Assembly (NCBI GenBank): GCA_044226975.1
Contig: JBGAFY010000001.1
Span: 1-38,107 of the forward strand
Origin: Rhabdochlamydiaceae bacterium
GTDB taxonomy: Bacteria; Chlamydiota; Chlamydiia; Chlamydiales; Rhabdochlamydiaceae
Direction: 5' to 3'
DNA: 38,107 bases
Part shown: positions 9,001 to 17,859 of the stretch, in pieces
How the letters are laid out: each line of letters starts with the position of its first letter
Numbering within the stretch: position 1 is the stretch's first letter
Notes under the pieces: generated by a model
Told to the model about the DNA's origin: nothing
The model's input: the letters and a program-made list of their open reading frames with translations, nothing else
Database searches by the model: none
Program-made: the position numbers and the translations under genes

Positions 9001-9109
9001 GTTCAAATATCTAAATTGCGAAAATTTGGTCGTTTTTTTTTCCTGCTCATGACAAAATCCAAAGAGACAAGTCTATTTCTCTTCCCATTGTCGCTTTGGA
9101 GGTATTTCT

Positions 9110-10471
9110 ATGATTCAATTCTTTTTAAGGGCCATTTCCTTAGCTTGCTGCTTTTTAATTACTCCGCTCAGCGCTAACACACCTTCGCCTACAGAAATTC
9201 ATGTGCAGCTAGCAACAGAAAGTCCACTAGAGCCTATCTATTTTGGCTCATTTGTCGATGATCAACCCTTGCTCTCTAATCAATACCTCTCAGCCTTGGA
9301 AGAAATATTAAGCTTTGATCTCAACTATAGTGGCTATATGAAGGCTATGAAAAGAGATCCGGCAAAAGAAACAGCACTCATCCAAAAAGATGTTAAAGCG
9401 GCGTTTAACCCTACTTTTTGGAAAAATTCTGGCGTCACCCATGTTATCCGATGCACGGTCAGAGAGAAAAAAATATCGGCCCAAGTGTTTTCCACTCAGA
9501 CAGGTTCTTTAAAACAATTTCCTGAGGTAACTCTTAGTGGAACCTTGCATGAAGACCGCAGAAATATCCACAAGATCGCAGATGCTATTGTAAAAGCCCT
9601 CTACAATGTTGATGGGATCGCTAGCAATCATATTTTATATTCAGCGCAAACAAATTCAAAAGATAAAGAACACTCATGGAATGCTGAAATTTGGGAATGT
9701 GACTCCGATGGCGCCAACGCACATCAGATCACAAAAGAAGGCAGTTACTGTGTAACTCCCATTTTCATGCCCGCGCGTAATGACCGCTTTCTCTATGTAT
9801 CATATAAGCTCGGTCAACCAAAAATATATATCGCTTCCTTAAAAGAAGGTAAGGGTCAACGCCTGATTGAACTACGAGGCAATCAATTTCTTCCCGCCAT
9901 CTCTCCACAAAGAGACCAACTCGCCTTTATCTGTGATGCTGGAGGCAGATCTGATTTATTCATTCAACCATTCCATCCTGAAAAAGGGGAAATAGGCAAG
10001 CCTTATCAACTCTATTCATATCCTCGCGCTACACAGGCTTCTCCAACTTTTAGCTCGGATGGGAAAAAAATTGCATTTGTATCCGACAAGGACGGCTCTC
10101 CTAGAATTTATATTATCTCTACACAGCACCAAGCGAAACGCAGTGAACCTGTTCTAATTACCAAGCAAAACAAGGAAAGTTCTTGCCCAAGCTGGTCTCC
10201 CGATGGAACGAAATTAGCATATAGTGCTAAAACAAAGGGAGTGAGGCAAATATGGATTTATGACTTCGAGAAGGGAGAAGAGAGACAGCTGACGTTCGGC
10301 CCAGGCAATAAAGAAAATCCTGCATGGGGTCCTAACAGTCTGCACCTCGTATTCAACTCGACAGATGCACAATCATGTGAGCTTTATCTATTGAACTTGA
10401 ACCAACCTGAAGCTATCAAAATTTCACGTGGCTCAGGAAAAAAACATTATCCGTCATGGGGCGGCAAGTAA
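9110..10471 (+). CDS. tolB: Tol-Pal system beta-propeller protein TolB
   Basis: 453 aa with signal peptide. Repeated propeller motifs (PAISPQRDQLAF, PTFSSDGKKIAFVSD, PSWSPDGTKLAYS, PAWGPNSLHLVF). GGAGG RBS. Confidence 0.9.
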   Translation: MIQFFLRAISLACCFLITPLSANTPSPTEIHVQLATESPLEPIYFGSFVDDQPLLSNQYLSALEEILSFDLNYSGYMKAMKRDPAKETALIQKDVKAAFNPTFWKNSGVTHVIRCTVREKKISAQVFSTQTGSLKQFPEVTLSGTLHEDRRNIHKIADAIVKALYNVDGIASNHILYSAQTNSKDKEHSWNAEIWECDSDGANAHQITKEGSYCVTPIFMPARNDRFLYVSYKLGQPKIYIASLKEGKGQRLIELRGNQFLPAISPQRDQLAFICDAGGRSDLFIQPFHPEKGEIGKPYQLYSYPRATQASPTFSSDGKKIAFVSDKDGSPRIYIISTQHQAKRSEPVLITKQNKESSCPSWSPDGTKLAYSAKTKGVRQIWIYDFEKGEERQLTFGPGNKENPAWGPNSLHLVFNSTDAQSCELYLLNLNQPEAIKISRGSGKKHYPSWGGK

Positions 10472-10566
10472 ATAAATATGCTCACTAAGAGCCTGTCGTT
10501 AGGCTCTAAAAGACAGGGATTGGAAAATCTTTTCCTTCCCGTCTCAACAAAAATTTGAGGAAGGAA

Positions 10567-11250
10567 ATGAAAAAAATACAGTATTTAAGCGTTCTCGTTC
10601 TTTCAGCTGCAGCGTTAATAGCAAGCGGCTGTAAAAAAAATAATAGCGTATGGGATGACAACCAGACTTCTGGAAAATTTAAAAATAAATCAGGCTCTAG
10701 TCTTTGGGGCTCCAAAGATGATGATCGACTTGCCTTTGATTCTGACGACTTCCAAGGCCCTGAAGAAGATGATTTTATCGCGTTAAAAGATGAAGATCTC
10801 AAATCCCAAATTTCCGATGGCGCTGTTCCCCAATCTTCCATTACCCCGGGCGACAGCCAGAGCGGAATTCCTGGAATAGGCCATTTCAGTTCGCCCTCTT
10901 CTAGCCTAGCAGCTGTTTTCCGTTCACTTCATTTTAACACTGACGACCATATACTACGCGGGCAGGAAAATCTCTCATCCTTAGAGAAGATCGCCAACTA
11001 TCTAAAGCAACACCCAAATACTTATGTCTTTGTTGAGGGACATTGCGACGAACGTGGTCCTGAAGCGTACAATCTCTCTTTGGGCGCACGCAGAGCTAAC
11101 TACGTCCGTACGCAGCTCGTCAAGTATGGTGTCAACTTAAACCAACTATTCACAATCTCTTACGGCAAAGAAAAACCTGCTGTAAATGGACATACTGAAG
11201 CGGCATGGAATGAAAACCGTCGCGCTGAATTTAAAATTTATCAGAAGTAA
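10567..11250 (+). CDS. pal: peptidoglycan-associated lipoprotein Pal (OmpA-like domain)
   Basis: ATG at 10567 after GAGGAAGG. Lipobox LIASGC. Acidic linker, then an OmpA_C domain (FNTDDHIL...VEGHCDERGPEAYNLSLGARRANYV...NRRAEFKI). Confidence 0.9.
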   Translation: MKKIQYLSVLVLSAAALIASGCKKNNSVWDDNQTSGKFKNKSGSSLWGSKDDDRLAFDSDDFQGPEEDDFIALKDEDLKSQISDGAVPQSSITPGDSQSGIPGIGHFSSPSSSLAAVFRSLHFNTDDHILRGQENLSSLEKIANYLKQHPNTYVFVEGHCDERGPEAYNLSLGARRANYVRTQLVKYGVNLNQLFTISYGKEKPAVNGHTEAAWNENRRAEFKIYQK

Positions 11251-11255
11251 TCGAT

Positions 11256-11876
11256 ATGAAAAATTTATTGATTCTTCCACTTTTAGGTCTTTTAGCTGCA
11301 TCTTGTGAGTCGCAGTTAGGCATGCACAGTTTTCATGATGGCTCGACACATGTCGCCATGGAAGAGATGAGCACAGAAATAGCCGATCTTAAGCACGCTC
11401 TCAATGCCGCGAAAGTAGAGGTCCAACTTCTCGATGAGCGTATCCGCGCACAGGAAAGTTCGACCTCATCTTTGAAAAATGGAGCTAAGACCGCGACGCC
11501 CGATTCCTTACAGAGACAGCTTAGCAACCTAGATGGAAGGATCAATCAATTAGAAAAAGTCTTAGAACGCGCTGCAACTGACCTCAAGCAAATCAATGCT
11601 GCTGTAACAAATAACTCCCAAAAAATTGAAGATCACCAACGCCAGTTAGATGAAGTTGTGAAGCTAAAATCTACGTTAATGACGATCTCACAGGCCATCA
11701 AGAAAAATAGTCTCCATGATGATGCTAAAGTCCATAAAGTGAAGTCTGGAGATTCGTTAGAAAAAATTGCTAGGCTGCATCATATTTCGATCGATTCGCT
11801 CAAGAGGTTTAATCAGCTGGAAACAGACCGTATCATTGTGGGCCAAGAATTAAAAATTCCAAATTCCCAAGACTAG
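11256..11876 (+). CDS. coiled-coil lipoprotein with C-terminal LysM domain
   Basis: 206 aa. Lipobox LLAASC, a long heptad-like region, and C-terminal LysM (HKVKSGDSLEKIARLHHISIDSLKRFNQLETDRIIVGQELKIP). Starts 5 bp after pal. Confidence 0.8.
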   Translation: MKNLLILPLLGLLAASCESQLGMHSFHDGSTHVAMEEMSTEIADLKHALNAAKVEVQLLDERIRAQESSTSSLKNGAKTATPDSLQRQLSNLDGRINQLEKVLERAATDLKQINAAVTNNSQKIEDHQRQLDEVVKLKSTLMTISQAIKKNSLHDDAKVHKVKSGDSLEKIARLHHISIDSLKRFNQLETDRIIVGQELKIPNSQD

Positions 11877-11888
11877 AACCTAACTAAT

Positions 11889-12701
11889 ATGCAAGAAGAA
11901 CGCAGACGGTCCAGTATCGGGATTTTCGATTCGGGGTTTGGCGGACTGACCGTCATGAACGCTATCCGGCATGTCCTTCCCCATGAAAATATTATTTACT
12001 TCGGCGACACTGCTAGGCTTCCCTATGGCAACAAAAGCGCTGAGACCATTGTCCGTTATTCAATTGAGAATGCAACTTTCTTAATGGATCAAGGGATAAA
12101 AATTCTCGTCATCGCTTGTAATACTGCCTGTTCATACGCAATTGAGCAGCTTGAGAGTCTCTTCGATATCCCTGTTATCGGCATCATAGCCCCCGCAGTC
12201 GAACAAGTGACAAAACTGACAAAAGGACATGTAGCGATACTTGGCACACGTGCTACCATCGCCTCAGGCGTCTATCAAAAGCATTTTTCCCACAACATAC
12301 CAGGCGCACACCTCACTGCAATCTCTTGCCCGCTCTTTGTCCCTTTGGTTGAAGAAGGCTATATCGAACATCCTATGACTGAAATTGTCGCACAAGAATA
12401 TTTGCGCCCTCTAAAGCTAAAACATAAAGAAGTCGACACTGTGCTCCTTGCATGCACTCATTACCCTTTCCTAAAAGACATTATCCAAAAAGAATTAGGC
12501 GAAGGTGTGACGCTTATAGATCCTGCTTTTAGTTGCGCAGACCATATCAAAACGGTTTTGCAACAAAAAGGGATGGTCAATGATCAAAATGAGCTGCCCC
12601 ACTACCAATTTTATGTTTCAGATGACCCTGAAAAATTCCGTTTACTTGGGAAAACTTTTTTAAACTATCCAATTGAACACGTCTTTGCTCGACCTATCTA
12701 A
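11889..12701 (+). CDS. murI: glutamate racemase
   Basis: 270 aa. IGIFDSGFGGLTV, the two catalytic Cys contexts (VIACNTAC and LLACTHYP), and GDTARLPYG. Confidence 0.9.
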   Translation: MQEERRRSSIGIFDSGFGGLTVMNAIRHVLPHENIIYFGDTARLPYGNKSAETIVRYSIENATFLMDQGIKILVIACNTACSYAIEQLESLFDIPVIGIIAPAVEQVTKLTKGHVAILGTRATIASGVYQKHFSHNIPGAHLTAISCPLFVPLVEEGYIEHPMTEIVAQEYLRPLKLKHKEVDTVLLACTHYPFLKDIIQKELGEGVTLIDPAFSCADHIKTVLQQKGMVNDQNELPHYQFYVSDDPEKFRLLGKTFLNYPIEHVFARPI

Positions 12702-12794
12702 GAGACTGTTAACGGATTCAGATTCTGTCGATTTTTTAAACTTTCTGAGCAAATTTTCAAAAAAGCGACGAATCCTGAATCCGTTAACAGTCTC
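12702..12794. mobile_element. 93-bp MITE-like hairpin element (type A, short form), copy 1
   Basis: GAGACTGTTAACGGATTCAGATTCTGTCG... pairs with ...CGACGAATCCTGAATCCGTTAACAGTCTC. The first 20 nt of the arms are perfect. Flanked by TAA (12699-12701, the murI stop) and TAA (12795-12797). Same termini as at 29345 and 38041. Confidence 0.7.
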
Positions 12795-13192
12795 TAAGAC
12801 TCTTTAAATAGAATTTATTCGAAACTCAGCCGTTATAAAGAGTTAAAGCAAAGATGAGCAAGAAGCGAAGACACAAAGATTTTAATAAATCATTTTTCTC
12901 CGCGTCTTTGAGTCCTGGCGCCTTTGCATTGATATGCGAGATTGAGCACATTATGACTGATATTAGTCGCATGTTTGACACACGAGCATACTCAATTTTT
13001 TAGTTTCGAAAGAAATCTATTATTAAATTTTTAATCGCATCCTTTTTTTTTCAGCTATACTCGAGTTTAGCCCCAGCTTGCTATGACTAAAAAATAGTAG
13101 TCAATATTATATTATTTTCAATTTTTTTAAATAACCTTATTTCTATATAAGAAGTTTCGTAATTAACATTTAATTAACTGGCAAATAATCAT

Positions 13193-13221
13193 TTGTGCTT
13201 ACAATTAATTGACCTTATAAT
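13193..13221 (+). promoter_or_regulatory. candidate sigma70-type promoter upstream of the response regulator
   Basis: TTGTGC, 17 nt, then TATAAT (13216-13221), within a 600-bp AT-rich non-coding tract. The -35 is weak and many AT-rich look-alikes lie nearby. Confidence 0.25.
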
Positions 13222-13407
13222 ACAATTCTAAGTGGAGAACTTGGACAAAGTTCCTGAAGCATTTTTTCTTCGCATTCTTTGGAGTGTTTAAAAAAAATTT
13301 AATGCTTTTTTTTGTTTAGAATGATTGAATGAATTTTTTGCACAATCAGATCTGGGAATGTTCCAGACTCTGTTGTCATTACAGGCAGTAAAATTTTGAG
13401 TGGAACA

Positions 13408-14124
13408 ATGAGCCAAAAAAAACGGATCTTACTCATCGAAGACGAAGAAGATATTGCTGCTTTGATCAAGCTTCAAGCAGAGATCTCTGGCTATAAGATG
13501 CATGTCGAAGTCGATGGCATCAACGGATATCGTGCTATCGAAAGAGAAAAGCCTGATTTGGTCATTCTCGACGTGATGTTACCTGGACAAAATGGATTTG
13601 ATGTCTGCCGTAAAATGAAAAGCAGTCCAGAATTAAAAAACATCCCTGTCATTATTTTATCTGCGAAAGGGGAAGAGTTAGACATCGTGCTCGGATTGGA
13701 ACTTGGCGCTGATGATTACGTTTCAAAACCTTTTTCACCCAAAATTTTATTCTCGCGCATCAAAGCCGTCCTCCGCAGGGGCAAAGACACTGAAAAGGCT
13801 CCCCGAGTTCTGATCTTTGGTGAATTTACTCTTGAAGTTGACCGTTATTTACTCCGTAAAGGGGATAAAATTATCGCGACTCCTCTATCTGAGTTCGGCA
13901 TCTTGCGCCGTCTCATCTCAAACCGCGGCAAGGTTTTAACACGCAACCAACTGCTTGTTGATGTCCATAACGACGATGCGTTTATCGTAGTCCGCAACAT
14001 CGACGTCGATATTGCTTCTTTGCGCAAAAAACTAGGGCCAAATTTTGATTGGATTGAAACAGTGCGTGGCGTTGGATATCGCTTCCGAGAAGAATCCATT
14101 CCGATGGTGCTCGTTAAGAAGTAG
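13408..14124 (+). CDS. OmpR/PhoB-family response regulator (no adjacent sensor kinase)
   Basis: Receiver residues are present (EDEED, LVILDVMLPG, ILSAKG, YVSKPF). The C-terminal winged helix ends in VRGVGYRF. The track ORF starts at TTG 13396 and the first ATG is at 13408. Confidence 0.85.
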   Translation: MSQKKRILLIEDEEDIAALIKLQAEISGYKMHVEVDGINGYRAIEREKPDLVILDVMLPGQNGFDVCRKMKSSPELKNIPVIILSAKGEELDIVLGLELGADDYVSKPFSPKILFSRIKAVLRRGKDTEKAPRVLIFGEFTLEVDRYLLRKGDKIIATPLSEFGILRRLISNRGKVLTRNQLLVDVHNDDAFIVVRNIDVDIASLRKKLGPNFDWIETVRGVGYRFREESIPMVLVKK

Positions 14125-15471
14125 TCCGCGATAGTACAGATTGCACGCTCTTGGGATCTAATTGGACAAAAGCCTTGGAATGCTTGCTGTAAAGAACTTG
14201 TCCTTGTTTTTTCCCTCTTCTTAAATGTTTTCTTAGAGCCGAAATAACCTCGGCTTGGCCTCTTTCTTTTGCCTGGCTAAAAAACACTGCCAATTGGCGT
14301 GCTTCATTTAATGTTTGTTCATCGATTGCTTGCTCTTTTCTCCCGCGAACAATCACATGAGCGCCTCCACAATCTGCTGCATGCAACCATAGATCATTAC
14401 CTCGGGCAAACTGAAAGGTTAGCTCTGAGTTCTCTTTTGCATTGTGACCTACGAATATCGATAGACCAGCAATTGATCTATAGTGACGAAAAGGAACTTC
14501 TTTGCGGTTTGCAAAAAGAACTTTAGTTTTTTTAGGGAACAGCTCCGCTTCAAATGCCTGCAGTTCTTCAAGTGTTGCAATGCTTTGGGCCTGGAGTAAT
14601 AGTCCTTGCCAAATCTCGCGTTCCTCCTGTGATTTTTCCAACAATTGCGCGCAGCTCTTAAAGCTTTCGTCTTTAATTTTTTTGCAGCACGGAACTTCGC
14701 TTGTGTATTTTCAGAAGGAGATTTTAAAGGATCTAAAATCAGAGTGATCAACTTACCGCCTTCCTCCCAATCCTCAATTTCGATTGAACTTATCCCTTTC
14801 TTCACTTGAAACAAATTGGATTGAAGGAGTTTTCCTTCATGCTCCAACTGCTTCCACCCTTCTCCTTTTGAAAGTTCTCCTTGATAAATGCGGCAGAGTT
14901 TCTGCAGCTTTGAAAGCTTCTTCGAGACATTTATCTGCAAATGTCTTTTAGCCTGTTTAAATGAATCTTCCTGTTCTAAATAAGCAAAGGCATTTTCAAC
15001 CCAAACGCTTCGACAGCAAAGAGGAAATTGTGTAGGTTCTTTTACTGAAGGAGGACGTGATTTTTCTTCCTTGCGATATGTCAAGAGCACGAGGCCCTTA
15101 TCGGGAAAGACCCGCAATTGGTTAGGATGCTTTGAGAACAGCTCGAATTGCAAAAAAAGAGCTTTTTTATCCTGAGAAAAATCCATTTTAATGACTCTGT
15201 CATTGGATACAGTGTAGATTTTTTCTAATCGCGCATCCTTTAAGACATTTTCCAATGCCTGTGTAAAATGAGTCAAACTACCATGAAATTTCTTTTTAAG
15301 AAGGTGCATCCGTGCGTAAGGAGACCTGAGACAAATGAGCAACTGCTCCCCTTTTTCAAAATCTAAGATCCATTTTTCTTCAGAACTCTCTTTTACTGAG
15401 ATTAGTCGCAACCCTTGAAGACGGTCCTTGACCTCTTCGCAAAGAGAAGCGAGTTCAGAAAAAGATAACAT
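14114..15471 (-). pseudogene. NFACT-family protein (RqcH/FbpA-like, NFACT-N plus coiled coil plus NFACT-R/DUF814), frame broken once
   Basis: ORF 14449-15471 carries the N-terminal NFACT-N-like region. ORF 14114-14644 carries DLWLHAADCGGAHVIVRG (the DUF814 motif). The frames join if the 7-nt run at 14677-14683 (A7 on the coding strand) is read as A8: ...FRAAKKIKDESFKSCAQLLEKSQEEREIW... Confidence 0.7.
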
Positions 15472-15500
15472 AAAAAAAACCTATGATTTAAGAACTAGGT

Positions 15501-16797
15501 ATGGACACAAAACCCAATCATACCCACATAGCAAAAAAAGATTTAGCCCAACCCTTATTTCCAGTTTATCTGACCTTCTTCTTAGATAGCTTCGGAATTG
15601 GGATGATTTATCCTTTGTTTACACCTCTGCTTCTTTTTCCTGAATATCACATCCTCTCCACAAGCATTTCTATATTGAGAAAAACCATTCTCTTAGGGCT
15701 TTTGATTTCCGCCTTTCCTTTCGCACAGTTTTTTGGTGCCCCATTGATAGGTGCAATATCAGATAGATTAGGACGCAAAAAATGTTTCCTTATCACCGTG
15801 TCCGCAACAGGCATCGGTTATTTTATTACGGGATTAGGCATTATTTTAGGTTTACTCCCCCTCATGTTCATTGGAAGGCTGTGGACGGGATTTTTTGCAG
15901 GGAACTTGACCCTTATGTCTAGCTACAATTGCTGACTTACGCCATGACAAGGAGTCGCGCGCCTCAACTTTTGGAATGATGGCAGGGTTTGGAGGTATCG
16001 GGTTTATTGCCTCAATTCTCCTAGGGAGCATCTTTTCCTATGATAAAACTTCAACTCTACTACATCCCAGTATGGCGTTTTGGTTGATGACCGTGTTCTC
16101 GGCTGTAAATCTAATATGCATTATCCGTTTTTTCCACGAGAGCCATTCAACAACACTCAAAGAAAGGACACATGTATTTAAAGGGCTAAAGCAATTCTCT
16201 TTAGCTTTTTCACATAAACCCGGCCGTATCTTATATAGCATTTATTTCTTCTTCAGCCTGGGATGGGTATGCATGGCCCAACTGACTCCTACGTATGTGT
16301 ATGAACATTTCAAGGCCACTCAAAAGACCGTGGTCTACGTTTTATTGATTATGGGTGGAATGTGGGCATTGAGTAATTTAGTCTTACAGAGATTCCTCGT
16401 ACATAAGTTCAAAATAAGCTGGATCTTATGTTTTGCTCTTCTCTGTTTAAGTATTTTGGTATCTATTATCTCAGTTGGTCTCCCTTTTGGGGTATATGCA
16501 TTTCTCTATGCAGGATCGATTATCGCTGCAGCACTGAGTTGGACAAACTGTTTGTCATTGGTCTCTTTGAAGGCAGATTTGGAAATTCAAGGAAGCATCT
16601 TAGGAATTAATCAAGCTGTCGGGACCGTCTCAGCTATATTTGGACCATTGATTGGAGGCGTTATCGCAGGCATTGACAATCAATTCGTATACCTCTTTGC
16701 GGCTTTAATGCAACTAATAGCGTTCTTAATATTGGTATTAAACCACAAATCCATCCTTCCTCCGCTTGCTTGGAAAAAACAACAAGAGCAAACTTAG
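15501..16797 (+). pseudogene. MFS transporter (drug/H+ antiporter-like), frame broken once
   Basis: The N-terminal ORF has MFS motif A (GAISDRLGRKK). The second frame is open from 15910 and reads LCLATIADLRHDKESRASTFGMMAGFGGIGFI, continuing to 16797. A single extra base in 15910-15935 explains the split. Confidence 0.7.
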
Positions 16798-16802
16798 ATT
16801 TA

Positions 16803-17177
16803 TTAACCAAACTTATTGAGTTTATCCGTTAGCAGTATCGAAAAATTATTTATTCTTTGAACAGATTTCAGGAATTCATTTTGTAATTTAAAGTCTGTTG
16901 AGTAAAATAATTTTGTTTCCATAGTCTCCTCTTCCGAAGATTCAGGATTATCAATTTGTAGATTTTCAATATCTTGTTGATGAATTTCTATATCCTCTTG
17001 AATTAGAATTTCTTTCACTTTAAAACAATGAAGATCCTTGTTTATCTGTGATAAAGAATTGATCTTCTGCGAAGCATTTCTGATTTTTTGCTGATAGGAA
17101 GTCAACTGCATTTGCTGCTCACTTGTTAGAGGATATTGATTCAAGTGCATCACAGGGATATTTCCAATAATTGACAT
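16803..17177 (-). CDS. hypothetical Gln/Glu-rich coiled-coil protein
   Basis: 124-aa ORF in an otherwise empty interval, convergent with the MFS gene. No recognisable motif. Confidence 0.4.
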   Translation of the reverse strand: MSIIGNIPVMHLNQYPLTSEQQMQLTSYQQKIRNASQKINSLSQINKDLHCFKVKEILIQEDIEIHQQDIENLQIDNPESSEEETMETKLFYSTDFKLQNEFLKSVQRINNFSILLTDKLNKFG

Positions 17178-17297
17178 GTTCCATCCGAATAAATTTTAAA
17201 ATTACGACCCAAATGATATTATTAAAATAATTTTTTAACGTCAAACTTGACTTGGAAATAAATTCCTCATAAATCTGAGTAAAAAATGGGAGTCTTT

Positions 17298-17747
17298 ATG
17301 AAAAGCATCGGCGCTGGAATCATTATCTGTTCCGTTTTACTCGCTGGTTGCGAAACACAGGCTCAAACTGGGGCTCTTGCAGGAGCTGGATTTGGAGCGC
17401 TTGCCGGAGGTTTGATCGGAGGAAACGCCGGTGGAGCTCTTATTGGGGGCGCAATTGGAGCAGGTGCCGGAGGTCTAATTGGATATGGGATGGACCAAAA
17501 TCAAAGAGAAGCAATGCAGCAAAACTCTCCTCAAACGATGAATCGGATTTATAATCGTGAGCAATTGACAACAGACGATATTTTGCAAATGACGAAGAAT
17601 GGATTATCTGATGATGTGATCATCAATCAGATAAAGGCTACTGACAGCGTATTTCATATGACAAGTTCTGAGATCATTGACCTAAAAAGATCGGGTGTTT
17701 CAGAGCATGTGCTCAATTACATGATCCGCACTGGAGAAGAGGAATGA
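17298..17747 (+). CDS. glycine-zipper lipoprotein with tandem C-terminal helical repeats
   Basis: ATG at 17298 after GGGAG. Lipobox LLAGC. Gly-zipper GALAGAGFGALAGGLIGGNAGGALIGGAIGAGAGGLIG. Two C-terminal repeats (DDILQMTKNGLSDDVIINQI and SEIIDLKRSGVSEHVLNYMI). Confidence 0.7.
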   Translation: MKSIGAGIIICSVLLAGCETQAQTGALAGAGFGALAGGLIGGNAGGALIGGAIGAGAGGLIGYGMDQNQREAMQQNSPQTMNRIYNREQLTTDDILQMTKNGLSDDVIINQIKATDSVFHMTSSEIIDLKRSGVSEHVLNYMIRTGEEE

Positions 17748-17859
17748 ATGGCTCTTGCTTGAAAAGCGTTGTCCACTTAACCTCGACAGCAGATCTTAAG
17801 AAATCTTGAATTGCACAAAGTTGAGCAACCTTTTTCCAAGAATAATTTCAAATACACAT

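Noticed and set aside
8994-9012. GGTTCAAAT, a tRNA T-loop-like string at the edge of the type B element
   Set aside because: No complementary T-stem, acceptor stem or anticodon arm can be drawn around it. I found no tRNA or rRNA anywhere in the window.
12854-13003. 49-aa ORF (MSKKRRHKDFNKSFF...) in the AT-rich tract upstream of the response regulator
   Set aside because: It has no RBS and no recognisable features, and it sits in AT-rich DNA where short ORFs arise by chance.
17348-17554. Alternative-frame 68-aa ORF inside the glycine-zipper lipoprotein gene
   Set aside because: The Arg/Trp/Ser-rich translation arises from GGN-rich glycine codons read out of frame. The lipobox-containing frame is the real one.
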